From contig MU058259.1 of NCBI GenBank assembly GCA_013265495.1, positions 504,040 to 525,325 of the forward strand: a stretch of DNA of 21,286 nt, read 5' to 3'. The DNA is from Vicugna vicugna. Taxonomy: Eukaryota. Positions within the stretch are counted from its first letter, which is position 1. Every line of letters starts with the position of its first letter. The notes beneath the pieces were generated by a model. It searched no databases, was not told where the DNA came from, and saw only the letters and a program-made list of their open reading frames with translations. Shown here piece after piece: positions 11,567-21,286 of the stretch. A program made the position numbers and the translations under genes.

Positions 11567-12351
11567 CCCATAGGTTTTGTATGGTTGCATTTTCATTGTC
11601 ATTTGTTTGGAAGTACTTTTTTGACTTCCTCTTTGATTTCACCATTGACCCATTGGTTTTCTAGTAGCATGTTGTTTAGTGTCCAGGTAATCATTATTTT
11701 CTCTCTTTCTTTTTGTGGTTGACTTCTAGTTTCATTGTGTTGTGGTCAGAGAAGATGCTTGAGATAATTTATATCCTCTTACATTTTGTGAGGCTTGTTT
11801 TGTGTCCTAATATGTGGTCTATCCTAGAGAATGTTCCGTGTACCCTTGAAAAGAATATATATTGTGTTTTTTTTTTTTTGGATCTAATGTCCTGTAGGTA
11901 TCAATTAACTCTAACTGTTTTGTTGTGTTCTTTAGAGTCTCTGTTGCCTTATTGATTTTCTGGCTGGAAGATCTGTCCGTTGATGTCACTGGGGTGTTGA
12001 AATCTCCTTTTATTAAATTGCCATCAATTTTTAAATATGGTAGTAGGTGTGTTATGTATTTAGGTGCTCCTATATTGGGTGCATATGTTAATGAGTATAA
12101 TATCCTTTTCCTGTATTGATCGTTTTATCATTATGTAGTGTCCTTCTTTGTCTTTATGGCCTTTGTTTTAGTCTATTCTGTTTGATATGAGTATTGGTAC
12201 TGCCACTTTCTTGTCATTTCCATTTGAATGAAATATCGCCTTTCACCTCCTCACTTTCAGTCTATACATGTCTATTGCCCTAAAGTGGGTCTCTTGGAGG
12301 CAGCATATTATAGGTTCTTATTTTATTATCCATTCTACCACTCTGTCTTTT

Positions 12352-14238
12352 TAAAATATTTATTCAAGTATAGTCAGTTTACAATGTTGTGTCAATTTCT
12401 GATGTACAGCACCGTGCTTCAGTCACATAGGAAAATACATATATTCGTTTTCATATTCTTTTTCACTGTAAGTTACTACAAGATATTGAATATAGTTCCC
12501 TGTGCTATACAGTATAAACTCGTTTATCTATTTTATATATAGTAGTTAGTATCTGCAAATCTCAAACTCCCAATTCATCCCTTCCCACCCCCTTCTTCCA
12601 TGGTAACCAGAGTTTTCTATGTCTGTGAGTCTGTTTCTGTTTCGTAAATAAGTTCATTTGTGTCATTTTTTAAAGATTCCACATATAAAGGATATCATAT
12701 GGTATTTTTCTTTCTCTTTCTGGCTTACTTCACTTAGAATGACATTCTCCAGGTCCATCCATCTTGCTGCAAATGGCATTATTTTATTCTTTTTTATGGC
12801 TGAGTACTATTCTATTGTCTAAATATACCACATCTTCTTTATCCAGTCCTCTGTTGATGGACATTTAGGTTGTTTCCATGTCTTGGCTATTGTCAATAGT
12901 GCTGCTATTAACACTGGGGTGCATGTATCTTTTCAAATTAGATTTCCCTCCAGATACATGCCCAGAAGTGGGATTGCTGGATCATATGGTAAGTCTATTT
13001 TTAGTTTTTAGAGGAATCTCCATACTGTTTCCCATAAGGGCTGAACTAAACCACATTCCCACCACAGTGTAGGAGAGCTCCCTTTTCTCCACACCCTCTC
13101 CAACATTTATAGTTTGTGGACTTTGGAATGATGGCCATTCTGACTGGTGTAAGGTGATACCTCATTGTCGTTTTGATTTGCATTTGTCTGATAATTAGAG
13201 ATATTGAGCATTTTTTCATGTGCCTATTGGCCATCTGTATGTCTTCATTGGAGAATTGCTTGTTTAGGTGTTCTTCCATTTTTGGATTGGGTTGTTTGTT
13301 TTTTTGTTACTAAGTTGTAGGATCTGTTTATATATTCTGGAAATTAAGCCCTTGTCAGTCTCATCTTTTGAAAATATTTTCTCCCATTCTGTGGGTTGTC
13401 CTTTTGCTTTGCTTATGGTAGTTCTTCCATTTTTGGATTGGGTTGTTTGTTTTTTTGTTACTAAGTTGTAGGATCTGTTTATATATTCTGGAAATTAAGC
13501 CCTTGTCAGTCTCATCTTTTGAAAATATTTTCTCCCATTCTGTGGGTTGTCCTTTTGCTTTGCTTATGGTTTCGTTTGCTGTGCAAAAGCTTGTAAGTTT
13601 AATTAGGTCCCATTTGTTTATTTTTGCTTTTATTTCTATTGCCTGGGTAGATTGCCCTAGGAGAACGTTGCTGAGATTTATGTCAGAAAATGTTTTGCCT
13701 ATGTTTTCTTCTAAGAAGTTTAGTATCTTGTCTTATATTTGTCTTTAAGCCATTTTGAGTTTATTTTTGTGTATGGTATGAGGGAGTATTCTAACTTCAT
13801 TGATTTACATGCAGCTGTCTAGTTTTCCCAACACCATTTGCTGAAGAGACTGCCTTTACTCCATTTTGTATACTTTTTTGTATACTTTTGCCTCCTTTGT
13901 CAAAGATTAATTGACCAAAAGTTTGTGGGTTTATTTCTGGGCTCTCTATTCTGTACCATTGATCCATATGTCTGTTTTTGTACCAACACCATGCTGTTGA
14001 TTACTGTAGCTCTGTAGTATTGTCTGGAGTCTGGGAGGGTTATTCCTCCAGCTTCATCCTTTTTTTTCAATATTGCCTTGGCAATTTAGGGTCTTCTGTG
14101 ATTCCATATAAATTTTAGGATTATTTGTTCTAGTTCTGTGAAAGATGTCCTTGGTAATTGATAGGGATTACATTAAATCTGTAGATGGCTTTGGGTAGTA
14201 TTGCCATTTTAACAATATTAATTCTTCCAATCCAAGAA
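12352..14238 (-). mobile_element. Younger 5'-truncated L1 (3'UTR plus ORF2 C-terminus) nested in the full-length L1
   Basis: A second L1 3' end starts at ~12352. ORF 13046-13279(-) reads [40 protein letters not shown]...[10 protein letters not shown] (ORF2 Cys-rich region). TSD cactc--tgtctttt (12339-12351) / cactctatgtctttt (14239-14253). Host L1 resumes collinearly. Confidence 0.92.
13270..13570. repeat. Perfect 150-bp tandem duplication (2 copies, 1-nt spacer)
   Basis: 13270-13419 equals 13421-13570 (gttcttccatttttgg...gctttgcttatggt), no mismatch found by eye, separated by a single 'a' at 13420. Confidence 0.97.
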
Positions 14239-14749
14239 CACTCTATGTCTTTTGGTTGCAGCATTTAGTCAATTGACATTCAAGGTAATTATTGATAGAT
14301 TGGTATTTATTGCCATTTTAAACCTTGTTTTCCAGTTGATTTTGTATTTCTTCTTTGTTCCTTTATTCTTTTTGCTTTTCCTTTTGTGGTTTGATGGTTT
14401 TCTTTTATATTATGCTTGAATTCCTTTCTTTTGAGTTTTGTGATTCTATTGTTTTCAAGTGTTTTAAACCATAACTATATCTACTTGCTTTAGACTGATA
14501 GTCATGTAAGCTCAAACATATTCTAAAAGATCTATGTTTTGTTAGTCATCAACCCCATTTTGTGATTTTGATTTTCTATTTTACATCTTTATGTTTATCC
14601 TATTGCTGTTGCTTGTAGTTACAACTGCTTTCACAACATTTTTGGTTTTTGATGTATGGACTAGATTAAGAGATCCTCGATCCTTTTATATATTTGTCTT
14701 TCCTATTGTGATTTTCCCTTTACTATAGATTCTTTCTTCTTTTTTATTA

Positions 14750-15580
14750 AGAGAAGACCTTTCAGTATTTCTTTTAGGATAGGTTTAGTATTGCTGTATT
14801 CTTTTAGTTTTGCTTGTCTGAGAAATTCTTTTATTGCTCATTCTGTTCTAATAATCTTGCTGGGTAGAGTATCCTAAGTTTCAGGTTTTTCCCTTTCAGG
14901 ACTTTGAATATATCATGCCACTCCCTTCTGACCTGCAACGTTACTGTAGAGAAATCAGCTGATCGCCTTATGGAGGGAGTCCCTTGTAATGGACTCGTTG
15001 TTTTTCTCTTGTTGCCTTTAGAATCCTCTCTTATCATTCACTTTTGCCATTTAATTATAATATGTCTTGGTGTGGGTCTGTTTGGGTTCATCTCATTTGG
15101 GACCCTCTGTACCTGGATATGTTTCCTTCTTTAGGTTTGGGAAGTTTTTAGCTATAATTTCTTCAAATACATTTTTGATCCCCATTTCTCCTTATGGAAT
15201 CCCTATTAGGTATAGGTTGGCAAGCTTTATATTACCCCAGATCTCATGTTGATTTCATTTTTTAATTTGTCTTTATGTCTGCTGTTCTGATTAGGTGATT
15301 TCTGTTATTCTAGCCAGATGACTTATTTGTTATTCTGCATTATTTAGTCTGCTAGTTACTGCCTTTAGCTCAGTTTTTATCTTGTCAATTGAGTCGTCTA
15401 ATTTTGATTGGTTCCTCTTTATGGGTTCTAGTTCCTTATGACAATGATCTGCATTTCTAGTCTTTCTTAGTTTCCATAGCATTTTTATTACCTTCTTCTT
15501 GAACTTTGGGGTCTGGTAGCCTGGTGAAGTCTGTTTCATTGTTTTTTTCTTTCAGGGGATTTCTCTTTTTCTTGTAATTG
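14750..15580 (-). pseudogene. L1 ORF1 remnant of the full-length element
   Basis: TPSIRRSADFSTVTLQVRREWHDIFKVLKGKNLKLRILYPARL (ORF1p C-terminal domain) and the coiled-coil piece at 15330-15539 (KKKVIKML...IDKIKTELKAVTSRLNNAE). Multiple frameshifts. Confidence 0.88.
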
Positions 15581-17883
15581 GGAGTAGTTCCTCTGTTTTT
15601 TCATTTCACATATATTTCTCTGACTATGAATTTAGGAAAAACAGTTACCTACTATGGTCTTAAAGGGTTGTTTTATGTGGGAGCATCCCTGTGTAGCGTG
15701 AGTGAGTCCAGTCTTTTTGGTGTGCGGGCTGTTTTTGGTGTGGCTGCCTGCCACGTCTTTCCTTGCCATGTGCTGTCTGTTGTCCCGATGACGGGAGGTG
15801 GGACTGGTGTTGTGGTGCCCAGAGCCTGCACTGGATGTTGGGCAGGGCTTCCTCTTTGTTCTGTGGTGGTCACAGCCCTGTCAGGGGAAAGGTCTGCTCC
15901 CTATTTGTTGGAGTAGAAGCCCCCAGATTCATTTCTGAGCTGCAGTGTGAGGTAGGTGGGACTGGAGCTGTCTGTCTGGGAAAGGAGCTGCTGTGTTCCT
16001 CCCCAAGAGCTGTACACTGGGATGTGTGACTCTGTGATGCCATTAGCCACCCAGTGTGTGCGCCCACAAAATCATTGCTGCTGGTGCTGCCCCAGGACCC
16101 ATCTGGCCTGAGGGAGTGCCAGTAATTGGCTTGGGCGTCAACTGTGGCACGTGCAGTCCCAAAGTCCAGTGTGGCCAGAGCCACGCCCTGCTGTGAGCAC
16201 GCTGACTAACAATCGGGCTTCCATGGTGGACCCATGCCCGCCCTTCACACATTGGTAATGGGGCTCCTATGGCAGATGTGCACTCTGTCTTAGGCACATC
16301 CCTGCTTGTAGTCCAGACCACATTCCAGGCACTTCAGGCTGTCTCCGTGCAATGAAACCAAGTCCTCTCCCCACGTCTGTTCCCTGAAGCCCAAGTTTCA
16401 GCACCTAGCCGCTGCACATACTAGCAGGCGTGTGGCGACTTGGCAGCCGTCAGTGCCCGTCTCTCTCTACCCTGCCTAGCAGCAAGCTGGCCTGGGAACA
16501 GTTTTCTTGGGCAAATTCCAGGCCCCTGCAGCCCCCGCCCCTGCTGATCTCCCAGCCAGTGAAGGGGGTTCCCAAGGTAGGGAACCTTTCCTCTTTCACA
16601 GCTCCCTCCCAGGGGCACATATTCCCTCTCCAATCTTTTTTTTTTTGTTTACTCCTACTTGGTTATGTGGAGGTCTTGTGTGCAGCTTTGGTTGTATGAG
16701 ATCTTTTGCCAGCTTTCAGTAGGTATTCTGTGAGAATTGTTCCAGATATAGACGTGTTTTTTATGTATTTGTGGGGGGGAGGTGAGCTCCATGTCTTTCT
16801 GCTCTGCTGTCTTGATCTCCCTCCCATGAAGACTTTTTGAGATAAACGTCTTGCATGTTAAAGTACACACCTCCAGCTACCCTCATTTTTCTCTGCATGC
16901 CAATTAGTGGGCTTTTCGAAATGGGCAGCATAAGGAAAAGCTTTTACATTCTTAAATTCATAACAAAGAATAAAATATAGGTGTCACTGGTTAGGAAAAG
17001 GTGGAAGGAAGGGAGAAGTCTGGAAGCAGACATCAATTTAATTTCCCCTATAGTTGCTCCCCTGCCCCACTTCCTAGTACGTCTCTTTCATCTGCCCCAG
17101 GCCAGGAGTGGGCAGGTAGATTAATGGCTCTCTAATACTTCTTTCTGGTGGTGGGGTGTGGAGAACATTCGTCTGCTAGAGTCTGAAACTGCAGTAGACT
17201 CTTGTTCGTTATTCCCTTAGACCAATGAAATTTAGACCCCCGGCCCTGAAACTTGAAACAAAATAGAAATCTCTTTTTATAGCCTCTAGTAATCACTCTC
17301 TTGCCATCTTACAAACATAAATAGTGGCATCACTTCAAGCCATTATTGGCTCTGAGCATGAAGAACTGCTAAGAAAAAAAGGAAAAAAAGAGGAAGCCGA
17401 TTCTAAATATCTTGAAATCCATTACAGTGCTGCTTCCTCTGAGGAGCCTTCCCTGAAGCGCTGCAGCGTGATTAGTGCCTTTCCTCTGAGCTCGCATATC
17501 ACGGTGTTGAAATCACCTGCTTACTTGCTGGTCTCCCTCACTAGACGAGGAGTAACTTGTGGGCAAGGACCACATGCTGTGGCTTTCTGAAGCCTAGGTT
17601 TGGCACAATGCCTGGCCCTCAGTAGACTTTGTTGAGGGGTTTACTATTGAGCATATCTTGAAGGCAGCCAATTTCTAGATTCTGATCTCAGTCCCCTCGC
17701 TCCCTCCTTATAAAGCCTCATCTCCAAAAGGAGAACAGTGTTGCCACCACCACAGCTTCACTTGCCTGTGCTTCATTATCCACTCCCTCCTGGTGGAAGC
17801 CAGGATATTCCAGCTGTCCAAATACAGACCCCACAGGGAAGCTCATTTGCCGAGCAAGGCCTTGTCTGAGAGGGTATCAGTCA

Positions 17884-17902
17884 TGGCCACCAGGTGGCAG
17901 AA
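17884..17902 (+). promoter_or_regulatory. Candidate CTCF binding site
   Basis: TGGCCACCAGGTGGCAGAA closely matches the CTCF core consensus (CCACCAG[G/A][G/T]GGC[A/G]) and lies in apparently unique sequence. Confidence 0.6.
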
Positions 17903-18479
17903 GTGGTATTCTGCTGAATGCACTGCTAAGCTACTGTTTCTTGGACAAGGTTAAAAAAAAAAGTCACTTTCTAATTTTAATTCTACAATGCATGTTTTTA
18001 ATTTTGTGATGCCTATAATTCCTGTTTATGGCTCTCTGCAGTGCTATTAAAACTACTACACCCAAGATTTGCTATTGAGACAACCACAAAGCAAGGCAGT
18101 CTGTGGAGGGCAGGATGCAGCTCCTCTGTCTTCCTTCCAAACCCTGGGGGGCCTCATATCCTTCTCTCAGACCCCAGGAGGAAGTTGTGAGAAAATTGAT
18201 ATTGGCACTTGCTGTTCCTAAGTTCTGCTATTAAGTCCAAACCTGACAACGCAGTGAAATGTGATAGCTTACGAGGAGCTTAATGTTATCTGGTTGAATC
18301 TGGAAAAATCTAATCAGAGATGACTTATGAATAATAATTCAGGGATAAAAATAATTATGTCTAAAGGGCTAATGTTACTCAAGCTCTCTAATGATGGGCT
18401 CAGAGAAGGTATTTAGTGAGAGTGATCGGATTCCTCTGTCGTCATTTTGTGCCCTCAGAGCTCAACCTGTTTCCTGCCA

Positions 18480-18765
18480 AATTGGATTCAGTTGCACAGT
18501 CACTGAGGACCTACTATTTGTCAGGTGCGTGCTAACTGCTTTGAGTTAAAAGAAAAAAATGATAAGATCTCATCCTTGCCTTCGAGTTGCTCATGGATTA
18601 ATGGTAGAAGACAGGCCCGTAAGTGGTTAGTTATGATGCAAGCGTTCAAGTGGCACTGCAGGGTGGGAGGATGCAGGGGCTGTTAGGGGCAGGGCACCTG
18701 CCTAATCCAGGCTGCAAAGGAACAGTAAGTGTGTTAAGGATGATTTCTGGAAGGTGGCTTGTACT
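18480..18765 (-). mobile_element. L2 LINE 3' fragment
   Basis: attcag...actgaggacctactatttgtcaggtgcgtgcta...gataagatctcatccttgccttcgagttgctcat...aatggtagaagacagg follows the reverse-complement L2 3' end pattern. Confidence 0.72.
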
Positions 18766-19369
18766 AAAAGTTTGGTAAAGAACTTTTTCAGCCAACTATA
18801 GGATCAGCGTGAATAGTAGGAATACCAGAGATAGGTCTGGAGGATACTGACTGTCATTCTTCATTGTAAGTGTGACAGTATCTGCTCCTAAGAACCAAGG
18901 GGAATTTTTAGAAACAGTTGCATTAAGGATGTTAGTAGGTTAGCTCTTTCATTAAAGGGGAAAAGGACAAGGGATGGGCAGAAGGGAGAAGTCAGATGTG
19001 GAAGAAAAAAGATGAAAACAGCATTTGTAATTTTATTTCTCCATCTTGATAGTGACATTAAATTATTTTACTTGAATTCTAATACTTTCCTTAAAGGAAC
19101 ATAGGGAATTTGGAACAAAGACATTGAATGTACAGACCCCATGTGTCTCCATAGCAAAAATCTAAAGCCAAAAAAGATGGCATGTCAACATGTGAAACAA
19201 TGTAGAGGGCTCTAAAAGGGCGATGCCAATGTTTAGTCTCCTTGCCCTAATTAGAATGGCTTTAAGGCACTGAAAAGTAACCAGTGGAAGAGAAGGCCTG
19301 TCTCTGGCTTTCTCAGGACTGAGAGAGAACTAGAAATATTTATTTCCTTAGGACACAGAGTACGGTGAG

Positions 19370-19506
19370 GAAGAAAAGAGCTCTGGCTGGGGTCTGCAGG
19401 TGTGGTTCTGGGTCCTGGCACGGGACCCAACCTACTATGTACGACCCTCAGCAAGTTTCCTGACCTCTCTAGGCCTCTACGTGCTCTGCTGTAGAATGGA
19501 CCAGAT
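19370..19506 (+). mobile_element. Degenerate MIR SINE, interrupted by the MER20B-like element
   Basis: aaagagctctggct...ggttctgggtcctggc...tatgtacgaccctcagcaagtttcctgacctctctaggcctc...ctgtagaatgg. A possible tail remnant follows at ~20115-20145. Confidence 0.65.
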
Positions 19507-20114
19507 CACTGGTTCTCAGAAGGAGCAGAAGAGCCCCTGGGGGAAGGTTCTAGTTGTTAGATGACTGGGTTGGAGCCGAGGATGACAGCCATCCTACAAT
19601 GCATGGGACAGTCCTGAAGAATGACACAGTGCCCCAGGTCCCACAAATAACCCACCTGAATTTCTTGTAAGGGAAAAGCCTGGAACCTACTTCTGAGTCA
19701 AACCTAATTCTCTCTTAATTATAATCCAAAGAGGTTTTTTTTTTGGCCCATGTTTAATATGTGCCAAATACACCAGTTTCTATCCTCCTGCCCCTTGAGT
19801 CCTTCATTTCTACTTTTTGTTCAGAATGACTTCTGTCTTTACTTCACGCAAACCTATGATAAGTACCAACATCTGACTGCTTTGTTACGTCTTCTAGGAC
19901 AGCCGTGCCTGGGATTTGCATATTGTAAATATTATAAATAATTTTCCTTTTAAATTCTATTATCATATTCAGGCCATAATGCTATTTTAAATTATATCAA
20001 TAAGCAGGTTATATTACCCATGAATTTCATTCCAGGGTGGAAAAGGGAGTATTTCAAAGTACTTGCTCTAAGAAGGGGAGGCGTTGGGACCAATGGGACA
20101 GGGCACAACCTCTG
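19507..20114 (+). mobile_element. MER20B-like hAT (Charlie) DNA transposon fossil
   Basis: Ends cactggttctca / cacaacctctg (degenerate CAGTGGTTCTCAA inverted repeats). Internal catcctacaatgcatgggacagtcc, catctgactgctttgttacgtcttctag, aggttatattacccatgaatttcattccagg and aaggggaggcgttggg resemble the recalled MER20B consensus. Confidence 0.8.
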
Positions 20115-20166
20115 GATGGGACAAGCCCTAAGTTCTCTCCCCGAAAAGCCCCCACAGCCAGGATCA

Positions 20167-20358
<192 letters not shown>

Positions 20359-21286
20359 TCAGTAGCTTTAAATTGTGCATCTGGCAGACCCCGGGGTGGG
20401 GAGGGGGCCGAGGAAGGAGTCTGGGTGGAGTAGAAACCCAGACTGCTGCATTCACATGAGGCACTCACTAAAGGCTGGAGAGAGGTTTGAAGTTTACAGT
20501 ACAGCTAGGGCCAACCTTTGCCCCCAGGCCAAGGGATGGGAGACCCCCCGGATACCAACCACCAGCCCGTGACCAGCCAGCTCCCTCTCCACACCTTCAC
20601 GTCTCAGCCACCTTTCAGAGCACTGCTCAGCCTCCCCAGTTTCGCCCAGGTAAAAGCACAAGCATTAAAGAACCCACTATGGGGTGATGGGTGTCAGGTG
20701 AAGGAAACCACAGAGCTAGTGAGGAGAGGGAGACAGTCCTTGCGACTCATTCAAGAGATCAAGGGAGAAGGTCTCCTTTCCCTAAACAGAGCCTTGAACC
20801 CATGATGTCTTCTCCATGGACACACTGGGCCTAGGATGGAGATCACCAGTGAGTCAGAGACAAATTCTTGTGGAAGGAGTGGTTCCTAAAAAGCACTGCA
20901 CAGAGGAACTCCTGAGCACCTGGGCAGCCTGCCGGCCTCAGGGAGGGCAAGAACGGGCCCAGACTGATTTACCCTCCAGAGCAGCCCCACCCTGCTTCTC
21001 TCTCCCTCGTATGGAAGGATGGATGTATCCTCTCCACCTCCCTCCCCACCTCTCCTCAGAACTTGAACCTACCACCTCCTGCATGCTAGCTCTGCTCTCT
21101 ACCCCTGACCTATAGCCTCACTCTAGCTACCATAGTTTCCCGTAACTCACCTTTATCTCCTGAACTGAGGGACTATGTGGAGTCCCTGGTTCCTCACCCT
21201 GGGTTGTAGCCTAGAAGTTGTAGCAAAAGAACCACTCTTTCCTATATTTCGTCGTCTTACTTCTTTCTGCTGGGAAACTTACATCT

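Larger units (their letters stand above)
8186..16825 (-). mobile_element. Full-length decayed LINE-1 (~6.6 kb own sequence) hosting two nested insertions
   Basis: 3' tail at ~8190; ORF2 RT motifs at 10089-10512; EN region ~11580-12345 resuming at 14254; inter-ORF spacer; ORF1 ~14750-15580; 5'UTR to 16825 (minus: gggagggagatcaagacagcagagcag). TSD aggaagactt (8176-8185) / atgaagactt (16826-16835), next to a TTTT/GA endonuclease-type site. Confidence 0.93.

Noticed and set aside
15578..16870. Cluster of 66-112 aa ORFs, potential ORF0-like antisense product
   Set aside because: They lie inside a CpG-decayed L1 5'UTR, many depend on non-ATG starts, and none shows recognisable similarity. ORF0 is described for primate L1s.

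Overview
Mammalian intronic DNA, most likely camelid (camel/alpaca/llama) because it carries a vic-1-type tRNA-derived SINE. The window holds two internal coding exons of NHS (Nance-Horan syndrome actin regulator, X-linked in eutherians) on the minus strand: exon 2 at 20172-20324 (153 bp) and exon 3 at 5943-6076 (134 bp). The 14.1 kb intron between them is mostly an 8.6 kb nested retrotransposon stack: a decayed full-length L1 with target-site duplications (TSDs), into which a SINE and a younger 5'-truncated L1 inserted. The younger L1 carries a perfect 150-bp tandem duplication. A second L1 5' end (5'UTR plus ORF1), older L1/MIR/L2 fragments and two hAT DNA transposon fossils (MER63A-like with a perfect 8-bp TSD, MER20B-like) are also present, together with a strong CTCF motif and an AP-1/AP-2 motif cluster. 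I see no evidence of a new biological system. The notable points are the insertion architecture, the sense orientation of all L1s relative to NHS, and the candidate regulatory sites. Repeat family and gene names come from recalled consensus sequences, not from database searches.
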